Source: Mytilus trossulus (taxonomy: Eukaryota). Taken from it: DNA of 64,000 nt. The stretch lies in assembly GCF_036588685.1 (NCBI RefSeq), contig NC_086379.1, positions 63,054,001 to 63,118,000 of the forward strand, given 5' to 3'. A program made the position numbers and the translations under genes. The notes below the pieces were generated by a model. It was not told the DNA's origin. It was given only the letters and a program-made list of their open reading frames with translations, and made no database searches. Below are positions 39,669 to 52,368 of this stretch, in pieces (position 1 is the stretch's first letter; the number at the start of each line of letters is the position of its first letter).

Positions 39669-41975
39669 GTTGGTTCTGGTAGATGTGATATAATCCTATA
39701 TTTAGGATCTAGTCTCAAGGTTGGTTCTGATAGATGTGATATAATCCTATGCTTAGGATCTAGTCTCAAGGTTAGTTCTGATAGATGTGATATAATCCTA
39801 TGTTTAGGATCTAGACTCAATGTTGGTTCTGATAGATGTGATATAATCCTATGTTTAGGATCTATTCTCAAGGTTGGTTCTGATAGATGTGAAATAATCC
39901 TATGTATAGGATCTAGTCTCAAGGTTGGTTCTGATAGATGTGATATAATCCTATGTTTAGGATCTAGTCTCAAGGTTGGTTCTGATAGATGTGATATAAT
40001 CCTATGTTTAGGATCTAGTCTCAAGGTTGGTTCTGGTAGATGTGATATAATCCTATGTTTAGGATCTAGTCTCAAGGTTGGTTCTGATAGATGTGATATA
40101 ATCCTATGTTTAGGATCTATTCTCAAGGTTGGTTCTGATAGATGTGATATAATCCTATGTTTAGGATCTAGTCTCAAGGTTGGTTCTGATAGATGTGATA
40201 TAATCCTATGTTTAGGATCTAGTCTCAAGGTTGGTTCTGATAGATGTGAAATAATCCTATGTTTAGGATCTAGTCTCAAGGTTGGTTCTGATAGATGTGA
40301 AATAATCCTATGTTTAGAATCTAGTCTCAAGGTTAGTTCTGATAGATGTGATATAATCCTATGTTTAGGATCTAGTCTCAAGGTTGGTTCTGATAGATGT
40401 GATATAATCCTGTGTTTAGGATCTAGTCTCAAGGTTGGTTCTGATAGATGTGATATAATCCTATGTTTAGGATCTAGTCTCAAGGTTGGTTCTGATATAT
40501 GTGATATAATCCTATGTTTAGGATCTAGTCTCAAGGTTGGTTCTGATAGATGTGATATAATCCTATGTTTAGGATCTAGTCTCAAGGTTGGTTCTGATAG
40601 ACGTGATATAATCCTATGTTTAGGATCTAGACTCAATGTTGGTTCTGATAGATGTGATATAATCCTATGTTTAGGATCTATTCTCAAGGTTGGTTCTGAT
40701 AGATGTGAAATAATCCTATGTTTAGGATCTAGTCTCAAGGTTGGTTCTGATAGATGTGAAATAATCCTATGTTTAGGATCTAGTCTCAAGGTTGGTTCTG
40801 ATAGATGTGATATAATCCTATGTTTAGGATCTATTCTCAAGGTTGGTTCTGATAGATGTGATATAATCCTTTGTTTAGGATCTATTCTCAAGGTTGGTTC
40901 TGATAGATGTGATATAATACTATGTTTAGGATCTAGTCACAAGGTTGGTTCTGATAGATGTGATAAAATCCTATGTTTAGGATCTAGTCACAAGGTTGGT
41001 TTTGACAGATGTGATATAATCCTATGTTTAGGATTTGGTCTCAAGGTTGGTTCTGATAGATGTGATATAATCCTATGTTTAGGATCTAGTCTCAAGGTTG
41101 GTTCTGATAGATGTGATATAATCCTATGTTTAGGATTTGGTCTCAAGGTTGGTTCTGATAGATGTGATATAATCCTATGTTTAGGATCTAGTCTCAAGGT
41201 TGGTTCTGATAGATGTGATATAATCCTATGTTTAGGATCTAGTCTCAAGGTTGGTTCTGATAGATGTGATATAATCCTATGTTTAGGATCTAGTCTCAAG
41301 GTTGGTTCTGATAGACGTGATATAATCCTATGTTTAGGATCTAGACTCAATGTTGGTTCTGATAGATGTGATATAATCCTATGTTTAGGATCTATTCTCA
41401 AGGTTGGTTCTGATAGATGTGAAATAATCCTATGTTTAGGATCTAGTCTCAAGGTTGGTTCTGATAGATGTGAAATAATCCTATGTTTAGGATCTAGTCT
41501 CAAGGTTGGTTCTGATAGATGTGATATAATCCTATGTTTAGGATCTATTCTCAAGGTTGGTTCTGATAGATGTGATATAATCCTTTGTTTAGGATCTATT
41601 CTCAAGGTTGGTTCTGATAGATGTGATATAATACTATGTTTAGGATCTAGTCACAAGGTTGGTTCTGATAGATGTGATAAAATCCTATGTTTAGGATCTA
41701 GTCACAAGGTTGGTTCTGATAGATGTGATATAATCCTATGTTTAGGATCTAGTCTCAAGGTTGGTTCTGATAGATGTGATATAATCCTATGTTTAGGATC
41801 TAGTCTCAAGGTTGGTTCTGATAGATGTGATATAATCCTATGATTAGGATCTAGTCTCAAGGTTGGTTCAGATAGATGTGATATAATCCTATGTTTAGGA
41901 TCTAGTCTCAAGATTGGTTCTGATAGATGTGATATAATCCTATGTTTAGGATCTGGTCTCAAGGTTAGTTCTGAT
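39627..41975 (+). repeat. 51-bp tandem repeat x46 spanning the SIRT7 exon 7/intron 7 junction
   Basis: Unit GATAGATGTGATATAATCCTATGTTTAGGATCTAGTCTCAAG|GTTGGTTCT. First donor at 39669, last at 41964, exactly 45 x 51 apart. Confidence 0.97.
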
Positions 41976-42333
41976 AACGGGCTCGTCTAGATATTCCACA
42001 TGATATAGTCAGTATCAAAAACGAAACTACCTATTATTCTATATGTATTCTGGGATTATGTAAAAATGAGAAAATGTGGTATGATTGCTAATCGGACAAC
42101 TCTCCATCAGACCAGACCTAATATTGCATAGATGTAAGCCACTATAGGTCAATGTACAGCATTCAATTATGATTTAAACCCTTATCCTGTGTTAAGGATC
42201 TTGGTGTAAAGTAATTTTTTATAATACTGATAATACTTTCTCAAGAACATAATTTTTAACCGTAGTTTTGATGTTATAGTTATACCCATATTGAATTCTT
42301 TTCATAATATGACTATATTGTCTGGTTTTTTAG

Positions 42334-42454
42334 ATACTGAAAAAATACTCATGTTTGTGGTGTATGGACAGAAACAAGAAGAACCGACCCCAATTGTATA
42401 TAATAAACTTACAGTGGACACCAAGAGATGATGCTGCTACTACAAAAATCAATG
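42334..42454 (+). CDS. SIRT7: SIRT7 exon 8
   Basis: ILKKYSCLW...LYIINLQWTPRDDAATTKIN(G); 121 nt. Confidence 0.92.
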
Positions 42455-43199
42455 GTAAATTTTAACATATGATAATTTAGGGGTGTTTGTAGAAGGAAAG
42501 GGTTGATGCCCATGATACAACGGCACATGAAAAAAAAGAGAATTTCATAAACTTTACATAAGATCAGACCAATGTAAAACAATATTTTATGATTTGATTT
42601 ATAGATTGGAGATATTAAACTGTGGATTTATTATTCATGGAATACCAACTTTTGTGGGTAAAGAGATTAACCAAAAATTCAAATATTCAATATATTACAT
42701 ATTTTCTGAAGTAATAAAAAGGAGATGTGCTTTGATTGCCAATGGAACAACTCTCAACAAGCTTAGTCAGCTATAAAAGGCTGCAAATCACAAATGTAAA
42801 ACAATTTAATTTTTTTTGGCTCAATCCACAAATATTGGTATCTACATAAATTAATCCCTAGTAATATAAGGCTATGAGGTAAGTGTTATTTGTTTCAAAA
42901 GCATTCTCCATTTTTATACAATCGCAAACAATATTTTGGGATCGTATAATGGTATGATGTCGTTGTTGTGTGCATCATCTGAAGTCACATTTTGTGTCAG
43001 GACAATAACTTTAGTTCAAGTAAATGGATCTCTATCAAATTAAGTAAGAAGGTTCAAGACAACAAAAGGAAGGTGTGGATTGATTTAAGGGATGATGGTC
43101 CAAACTGTTTTGGAATAAGGGGCCCAAAACAAGCATTTTCTACTTTCAGTATATAAACTTGTGTAGAAGTATTTTAATTGCTTTGAAGTTGTATCATTA

Positions 43200-44212
43200 G
43201 GCCAGGATTTTTTAATTTGTTGGTTTACGGATCCGCCGACCAGATTTTGCCGATTCCTAGAATAAAAATAAAATTGACTTTTCATGCTTTTTTATTCCCG
43301 CCGACCCAAAAAAATACATTATCCCTGAAAAATAATTAAATTCTTCTTTTGTTATGAAATAAAATGCATGAATCACTAACAAAATTGATAACACTCTCTG
43401 TTGTGAAAAAAACAAACTTCCAGATTACGTTTCTAAAAATAGACAAATCAATTATAACTGACCTTGAAATGTCGTTTACGCAAATAATTTTGTGGAAAGA
43501 AATCTGTGTTTAAAACCCATTACACAATAAGTTCGTTTCCCTTATTTGTCATCAGTCTGTAAGATGCATAATCTCATAGAAATAGATTTGTCCAATTGTG
43601 GACAGGTGGAAAGCACCTTGGAAGTAAAAGTTCTGAATATCAACAAGTCATTTAGAATTTTCTTGTTTCATGGATAATAAAAAAATAAATATCATCCATT
43701 TGGATTAAAAACGGGAATGCATGACACTAGATTAACCCGATATTCTCGTTTTTTCTGTGGACGAGTCTATTACGTTTTTGACACGTGTGTTGAAACTTAT
43801 TTTCGTACGACGTTTTTTACATTTTTTTCTTTATCAGTTTTCGTTTTTGAAGATCATTACTCACCAAATTTTCTGGAATTGATTAAGAGCTACGCGAATT
43901 TGTTTTTCTTGTTTATGAAAAGACAATTTAATTTCGTCTTTGTCTGAACACCCCCCTTTTTTTACGGCAAATCATTAGACAATGTCATCCGATATTTCAT
44001 TTATGACAGCTAAACAAGAATATTTCATCGAACTAAAATTTGAAATGATTATAAAATAGCATAAACACATTTTGTTAGAAAGGTGAAATGTATATTTATT
44101 TTGCTTTTTTTTCTGTCTTGAAAGATATTTTTTTTTCTTTTTTTTCCTGACCGACTGACCCGACTTTTTCATGGGGAAAATCCGTAAACCAACAAATTGA
44201 AAAACCGTGGCC
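43200..44212. mobile_element. Non-autonomous DNA transposon with TTA TSD (PIF/Harbinger- or Zator-like)
   Basis: tta|GGCCAGGATTTTTTAATTTGTTGGTTTACGGAT ... ATCCGTAAACCAACAAATTGAAAAACCGTGGCC|tta; interrupts an older repeat. Confidence 0.8.
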
Positions 44213-45341
44213 TTATGTTTAATACCACAAGTAGAAGTTTTGGATTCATTTTGGGGGCTATGGTGCCAACAGTTTAGGTATTAAGAGCCAAAAAGGGGTA
44301 AAAAACTAGCATTTTTGTAGTTTCTGGACTATAACTTGTGTGTAAGTGTATGGATCTCTCTTACATTGTACCACAAGGTTCCATGTCACAAAAGGAAGGC
44401 TGGGATTGAGTTTGGGGGTAGTTGCCCAAATCATGTGGGAATAAAGGGTCCAAAAAGGGTCAAAAACAAGCATTTTTTCTTGTTTCCAGACAATAACTCG
44501 TGTTTAAGAATATGGATATCTCTGAAATCGCACTACAAGGTTCCATACTACAAAGGAAGGGTTGGGTTTAAGAGTGGGGGTTATTGCTTCTAGGAGGGGT
44601 TCAAATATTTTTCAACATTTTTTTTAATTTTCAAGAAGAATCTTTAATTTCACAGTATTGTGCAATAGATTTGTTAGACAGAATCAAGCTTGAATATTGT
44701 GTTCAAATTTGCCACAACTGTTCAGGGTTCAACCAAATATTATGAAACATTTACACAATGCTCATTACCACAAAACACAGATCAAGTTTGAATTTTGGTG
44801 GCATTGCTGTAACCATTCTAGATTTGTGCCCCTTTATAAATTGAAAAATTGCCAAAATTATAGTGTCTGTTATCCAACTTAAATTAGGCATCATCTGTGT
44901 CCATGGGGACACATTCTCTATTTATTTATTTAAAAAATAATATTCAGTTTTTGAAAGTTTAGAATCAGGGGTAATGAAACCTATTTTTTTGGGAGGGAAT
45001 TGGAAGAATGAATACTTTGATGATTTATGTAAAACTGTCTTTTTACATAGAGGTCACTTTCATTTTAAGAATTCAATAGCAGTTTGAGTAAATGTTATTT
45101 AAATCATGCATAGGTATGTTGACCTTTTATAAGTACATTTGCAACTAAAAAAAATGCAAAACCTTGGCTTTTAAATATTTGAATTTAAATACAAACAAGC
45201 ACCTAAAACACATGAAATTTATAAAGTGTTCTTTTTATTTTTGTAATTTAATTTTACTTATCATTAATATTCTGTTCCACAATAAAGCAAAGAAATTCCA
45301 AAACAGTTTTGCATATTTATTGTATATCAATTTTATTACAG

Positions 45342-45408
45342 GTCGATGTGATGATGTAATGAGACAAGTGATGAGGCATCTTGGGTATTCCATACCTGAG
45401 TATTTTGA
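45342..45408 (+). CDS. SIRT7: SIRT7 exon 9
   Basis: (G)RCDDVMRQVMRHLGYSIPEYF; 67 nt. Confidence 0.92.
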
Positions 45409-45659
45409 GTATGTATTGTTAACTTATTTTCTTATCACTAAAAAGTTTTATATGAAGATAATGTATCTCTAATTTCTTGTCCATGTATGGCTATACTTTT
45501 TGGTGTATCAGCTCGTCAATCTTTGAAGAAGGTTTTGAGCATCATTGAAAAGACATTGAAAAGATGTAACTTGATTATATGCAGTGGTAGTTCCAACTAT
45601 ATCATGTTATAAGTAGGTTATACAGTGCCAGATAATTTAACAGTTCTAAGGTTCTTCCC

Positions 45660-46270
45660 CTTTTATGCCCCACGTACGATAGTAGAGGGGGCATTATGTT
45701 TTTTGGTCTGTGCCTCCGTTCATTCGTCTGTTCGTCCGTCTGTGCATCCGCTCGTTCAGGATTTAAAGTTTTTGGTCAAGGTAGTTTTTGATGAAGCTGA
45801 AGTCCAATCAACTTGAAACTTAGTACACTTGTTGCTTATGATATTATCTTTCTAATTTTAAAGCCAAATTAGACGTTTGACCCCAATTTCACGGTCCACT
45901 GAACATAGAAAATGAAAGTCAGAGTTTCAGGTTAAAGATTTTGGTCAAGGTAGTTTTTGATGAAGCTGAAGTCCAATCAACTTGAGACTTAGTACACTTG
46001 TTGCTTATGATATGATCTTTTGACCCCCATTTCACAGTCCACTGAACATAGAAAATGAAAGTGGGAATTTCAGATTAAAGTTTTTGGTCAAGGTAGTTTT
46101 TGATAAAATTGAAGTCCAATCAACTTGAAACTTAGTACATATGTTCCTTATAGTATAATCTTTCTTATTTTAATGCCAAATTAGACTTTTGACCCCAATT
46201 TCACGGTCCATGGAACATGGAAAAGGATAGTGCGAGTGGGGAATCTGTGTACTTTGGGCACATTCTTATT
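45660..46270. mobile_element. Helentron/HINE-like repeat with 3 internal tandem units
   Basis: Same termini as the 38152 copy; ttttggtcaaggtagtttttga recurs at about 45771, 45939 and 46082. Confidence 0.72.
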
Positions 46271-46493
46271 TTCCCTTTTAATCAAAGCAATGTACAAATA
46301 CGACTCAAAAATGATCTATATGGTCTCATGTGCTCATAATTACCATATAATACAACCATAGGATTTTAATACAGTTTTATGTATTTTTGAAAATAGCAAT
46401 TCAATTTTCTTGGAGTCTCTAGTTGAAGATTAGCATCAAACAAAAATAATTGCTCACAAAGAAATGCTAATATGAATATTATTCATCTTGTAG

Positions 46494-48846
46494 GGAAGAA
46501 GACCCATTATTTTCTCTTGCAACATCTCTTCATGAAAAAGAAAATGACACAACAAGTAAAAAGATTCTGCTAAAACCAGACATTGATGATATTACTAGAC
46601 ATAGAAATTTAGTTGATGCAAATCGTAGAAATTCAATAGAATCTGAAAGGAATAAGAATTTAGCAAGATTAAGTAACACAAATTTGACTGATGTAAAAAT
46701 ATTTCCTTCAAGTTCTGTTGCAGGAAGTTCAACAAATTATTCCGTGGGAATAAATACTCAGGAAAAAATGAATACAGAATTAACTGTTGTAAAAACGGAG
46801 AAGATTCATGATCAAAATCATTTTATTCATAATCCTTTAGATCATTCATTAATTCACCATAACCATGCTCTTAAAACAGCGCTGGAAAAAACTCATACCG
46901 AGAATTTCTACCGCTATAATGCAATGTGGGCAAAATCGCCATTAAATCCTTACAATCCATATTCTTTACCTCCATTTCTACCTGGGGTGCCAAACGGTAG
47001 ACAACAAATAAAGTTTGGTGAAGTTGCATTCCAGAAATATGTCGATCAAGGGGATAATCAAAGGAAGGAGGTCAAAGTTGAACCAATTATAGATTTAACA
47101 ACATTTGCTGGAAAGAACCCTAAGCTGGAAAACAACAGTGCCAAAAATAATAAAGTAAAAAACAATTGTACTAATTCTCATGGCAAAATGAGATCACCAG
47201 AAGAATTACAAAACATAGATTCTAGAAGCAAAACGGTAACTGTTCCTTGTAAAGAAAAGTGTGCTGCTAGTCCCCGAAAATCAAAAACAAATTCAATCCT
47301 AAATAACGAAAAATGTAGTCCGGATGGAAAGGGTGATTCAAAAATAGGACACTCAGAACCTATATCTAATTCTACAACTGTTACACAAAGCAGTAGAGGA
47401 AGAAGGGTTAGGAAATCATTCTGTCCAAACTGTCACGGTGTTAGTGGTGACTGTCCGTGTACTGTACTAGAATCTGTAAAGAAAAGAAAACCACCAGCGT
47501 GTGGTAAATGTGAAAAACATCCATGTACTTGTCCAAAAACAACAACTCCAACTATTTGTCTACTATGTAGAAATCCTCTCAATAAATGTGAATGCAAAAC
47601 AAACATTAAGGAACATCCTTCCAAATGTAGTGCATGTGGATTGTCAAAAACATCATGTAAATGTCAGTCCTCCAAATGTTGTGCATGTGGATTGTCAAAA
47701 ACATCATGTAAATGTCAGTCCTCCAAATGTAATGCGTGTGGATTGTTGAAAACATTGTGTAAATGTCAGTCTTCCTTCAACAATAAGCTAATGCCGTGCC
47801 AGTTTTGTAGACACACTCCAGATAAATGTAAGTGTGCTCAGAATGGCCAAACATATTTATTGCTGTGTCCAATTTGTCATCAGCATAAACATCTGTGCAA
47901 ATGTGTGCTAAATCATACCTCTTCCTTTACTCAGGGTGCAAATGTGCCAAATTTTACAAACTTGTCTAATTTACCAATGGCACCTTTAATGCCATTTTTT
48001 GACTATGCAAAATTTGCATTTCCAATGAACAATATTTCGCCGCTTTACATGCCGCAAGTCTTTCAGAATAATCTTATGAATGGTCTGCTACCAAGCAATT
48101 ATTTAAATGCTTTGTTGCCAGGTAACAGTGTTAATCCTATGTTACCTAGCAATGGATTAACTGGTTTCCAGTCAGATAAAGTTCTAAATGGAACATATAG
48201 TGCTAGAAATGTCAATAGTTTGGTACCAGTTAATCATATGACTAATGCATTGAAGGTAGAACCAATATTACAAGATCATTCATACTTAAATAAAGAACAG
48301 ATGCAATCATTGTCTCCTAACTGTGATAAAAATTACCAAAGATCTCAAAATGAGAAACAGACAGTTGAAAGTGTATCTTCAAAGACGGGTCTGAAGACTG
48401 AAGAAAGTAAACCTACAAGAACAGGTCTGACGACTGAAAGTATATCACCAAGAACAGGTCCTTCGACTGAAAGTATATCACCAAGACCAGGTCTGACGAC
48501 TGAAAGTATATCACCAAGAACAGGTCTGAAGAGAAGCTATAGTTATATAGATGACATTCAGAAAGAAGAAGAGGACATTGTTTCAGAAACTACTCCAAGA
48601 AAAATTGATTTAAATCATTCCAAGAGCCAGAAAAAAGAGCCTGTAGCAATTAAAAGTACAGAACCATCAAATCCTATTGTTATAGATATTGAAGATGAAA
48701 CTGAACAATGTGAAGGTGAAAAGGAAGGTCAAGGTGATAACGAAAAAGAAGATCAAGAAAAACCTAAACTAATGAGGAGCATGTCAGTTCCAGCATGTCC
48801 AGGATGGTTCGGGAAAGGTCTTAATCTTCGAAAGAAGCGTAGATAG
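46494..48846 (+). CDS. SIRT7: SIRT7 terminal exon 10 (very long C-terminal region)
   Basis: cttgtag acceptor; EDPLFSLAT matches the post-catalytic DP.F.LAT motif; in frame with the 720-aa ORF; ends PGWFGKGLNLRKKRR, like the SIRT7 GWFGxG plus basic C-terminus. Confidence 0.88.
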
Positions 48847-50091
48847 TAACAAATGATATTTAATGTATTTTTCTATACAAAATGTTTATATTCAAGTCAT
48901 TCAGGGATTTTTGTAATAATTTATAAAAATATGTTTTTTGTGTTTTAATGTATGGAAGTTTGGTTTGAATTGTTTACAATGATTGTATGTTTAATTTTCA
49001 TGATAAAAAGAAGAAAATACTGTAAACCAATTAATTTTTTCGTGTGTAGAAAAATTTTGCGAATATAAATAGTCTTGGAACATCATCAAAATTGGAAAAT
49101 AGTTAAAAACAAATAACTTTGAATCCAGCAAGTTAAGGCTTAGTAAAAAGAGTACACAGAAATTATTTATTTTCAAAGTTATTAATTTTTGGTATTGATA
49201 AAACTGGCATGCTGCCGTGCAGAATTAATTGTATTGAATTATTAACAATATAAATAACCAACAGTACAGCCTACTGGGTAGGTTATGGTAAGATATAAAG
49301 AATTTACCTGTTACTATGAGGGTGTAGCATTATGTATTTGTAGTTAATGTGCACATTTGGGCATGACTTTTTAGTTGTACCTCTCAACTGATATGGTTTA
49401 TACATCTTGAACTAGAGAGACAGAGGCTCTAGTACTCCTTATTAGGTCACCACGTAACATTTAAAAAATCCCTCTGTCACCATATCTCTAAAGCTAATAA
49501 AATACAATATTTTTAAAGGTCACAAGTCCTGTAAAATGAGATGTCAGGCTTCAAAAACCGCTGCAAAATTTCAGGTTTGATTGGACCATGTTAAAAGCAT
49601 GCAAGGTCGCAGGTTAGTTAGGTTAGACTAAGTTGAAAGGTTGCAAGGTCTTTGATTAGTGCATCCACAGCTGCAAAAGGACTATGTGTGTTCAGAAAGC
49701 ATGCTGGCATTTTCTCACATGTATATATATATTGTCTCAGATCAAATATCACTGTACAGCATTATACATTTTTATGCATGTTATTATGGGCATAAGATAT
49801 TGTAAGTTATATCTGCAAATAAGTACATGTAGTACAGAGATTTATGGGTATGCAACAAGATCACATAATAGGGTCGAATTTATTTTTAAAACAGGATTAT
49901 TCTTTTATTAATAAGTGAACATAGAAATATATGAGTGCCTGTACAGCAGGTAAATTTGACAAATTAACTGCTACTTATGCGAAATACTGTAAATTAAGAA
50001 ATTATTGCATGCATTTATTATTGCTTTTTTTAGAGAATGGACGTCAGATTGATAATTTTGATTTCTGTGAAATCTGCATACAGCTCTTTCT

Positions 50092-51160
50092 ATTTTTGTC
50101 GAGCCTTCGACTTTAGTCGAAAAAGCGAGACTAAGCGATCCTACATTCCGTCGGCGGCGGCGGCGGCGTCCACAAATATTCACTCTGTGGTTTAAGTTTT
50201 TGAAATTTTAATAACTTTCTTAAAACTATACTGGATTTCTACCAAACTTGGACAGAAGCTTGTTTATGATCATTAGATAGTATCCAGAAGTAAATTTTGT
50301 AAAAATAAAATTCCATTTTTTCTGTATTTTACTTATAAATGGACTTACTTTTTACTGCGGGGAAACATAACATTCACTCTGTGGTTAAAGTTTTTAGAAT
50401 TTTAATAACTTTCTTAAACTACACTGGATTTCTACCAAACTTGGACAGAAGCTTGTTTATGATCATTAGATAGTATCCAAAAGTAAATTTTGTAAAATTG
50501 AAATTCCATTTTTTCCGTATTTTACTTTTAAATATGGATTTAGTTTTTTCTGCGGGGAAACATTACATTCACTCTGTGGTTAAAGTTTTTAGAATTTTAA
50601 TGACTTTCTTAAACTATCCTGGGTTTGTACCAAACTTGGACAGAAGCTTATTTATGATCATAAGAAAGTATCCAGAAGTAAATTTTGTAAAAAAATAAAT
50701 CCATTTTTTCCGTATTTTACTTTTAAATGGACTTAGTTTTTCTGCGGGGAAACATTACATTCACTCTGTGGTTAAAGTTATTAAAATTTTAACATCTTTC
50801 TTAAACTATCCTGGGTTTGTACCAAACTTGGACAGAAGCTTAGTTATGATCATAAGATAGTAAGATCCAGAAGTAAATTTTGTAAAAAGATAACTCCATT
50901 TTTCTGTATTTTACTTTTAAATGGACTTAGATTTTCTTCCAGTTAACATTACATACAGTCTGCAGTTAAAGTTTTCAAAACATTTATTAGATTCATTAAC
51001 TATCCTAGATTTTTACCAAACTTGGACAGAAGCTTCATACAATCATAAGATAGTATCAAGAGGAATATTTTTATTGATTTTTTTCCTCACTTTTGTTGAG
51101 CCTGCGATTTACAGCAAAAGTAGGCGAGACACTGGGTTCCGCGGAACCCTTACAAATTTT
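50092..51160. mobile_element. Helentron/HINE-like element carrying about 5 tandem ~194-bp units
   Basis: ttcactctgtggtt at about 50179, 50373, 50568 and 50760; (GGC)n near the 5' end; 3' hairpin gggttccgcggaaccc; T-rich ends. Confidence 0.75.
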
Positions 51161-51379
51161 TGATTAAGAATGCAAGTTCTTATTTTTGCATTACTTACCC
51201 GGTTGCATTGTTCACATTAATAAAAATGTTATAATTTCTGAATTTACAGTATGTATTATGATGCAGTCATTGCAAAACATAATATACCTCACCACTTACT
51301 GAATTATCCATGACATAAGAAGTACTTATCTTTAATCACTCTTGCACATCTGGACATCTGACAATTATTAAAAACTTTC

Positions 51380-52368
51380 TTTTTATGCCCCATTTATGGG
51401 CATTATGTTTTCTGGTCTGTGCGTCTGTTCGTTCGTTTGTCTCTTCGTCTGTTCATCTTGGTTCAGGTTAAAGTTATTGGTCAAGGTAGTTTTGATTAAG
51501 TTGAAGTCCAATCATTTTGAAACTTAGTAAACATGTTCCCTATGATATGATCTTTCTAATTTTAATGCCAAATTTATAGAGATTTTCCCCCATTTTCACA
51601 GTCCATTAAACATAGAAAATGATTGTGCGGATGGGGCATCCGTGTACCACTCAGGGGCATTACTTAAACAAGCTATTTTTTTTAATTACTTATATAAGTA
51701 ATTTTTTATTTTGAAAATAATAAAATTACTTATTAGAGTTATTTTAATTTTCAATAGAAACATAGACTAAATGTAGTTTTCATGATTTTAAACAACATTT
51801 TATATCATAAAATAAAGAATTTATCAGATTTAAGAGGAGTATAGAGATAAAGGGTTACTTTGAAAATAATGACAAAAATATTACTTGAATAAGTTATTTT
51901 TAACATTTTTGAAAAAAATTGCAATTACACTTATCTAAGGCACATATGTAATTGATTTAGGTTACAAATTATAAATAATTTCATGTCTTAATTAATTCAC
52001 TAGTATCTATCTATTTATATCAGTCTACCTTCAAGATTTTAGAGGAAAATGATAAATTAATAGTCCCAAGAGACCAATCTTTGACCCAGAAGCGTTGGTA
52101 TCAAAGATAAGTGCATCGGAAAGTTAACTAGTGTTTCTGAAGAATTAGTTTTTATATATCAAGGGGAAAATAACCAGATAACTGTGAAAATTATTTAAAG
52201 CTAGTAAAATCTGTATTCTTGGACACCTATAAAAATAATATTCAGAAAAATAACTTATATAAGTTATATTTAAATTAGCCTCGTTTTCAACATTACTTGT
52301 ATAGGTAATTTTAATTGTTACTTGTTTAAGTAATGCCCCTGACTGTGTACTGGGGACACATTCTTGTT
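51380..52368. mobile_element. HINE-like repeat interrupted by a nested MITE
   Basis: Same family as 38152; the 3' end gtgtac/tggggacacattcttgtt is split by an insertion. Confidence 0.7.
51648..52347. mobile_element. Nested MITE with CAC...GTG ends and probable 3-bp TAC TSD
   Basis: 22-bp perfect inverted repeat tcaggggcattacttaaacaag / cttgtttaagtaatgcccctga. Confidence 0.8.

Noticed and set aside
39480-41843. 787-aa ORF as an independent repeat-protein gene
   Set aside because: It starts at an internal GTG of SIRT7 exon 7 and is read-through into the 51-bp array
39527-41962. Antisense ORFs (HRIISHLSEPTLRLDPK)n
   Set aside because: A stop-free 51-bp unit gives long ORFs automatically; they have non-ATG starts and no independent gene signals
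39627-41975. CRISPR-like array
   Set aside because: No unique spacers, no cas genes, and the context is eukaryotic
46684-48846. 720-aa ORF as a separate gene
   Set aside because: It has a TTG start, is in frame with the upstream acceptor at 46494, and ends in the SIRT7 C-terminal motif
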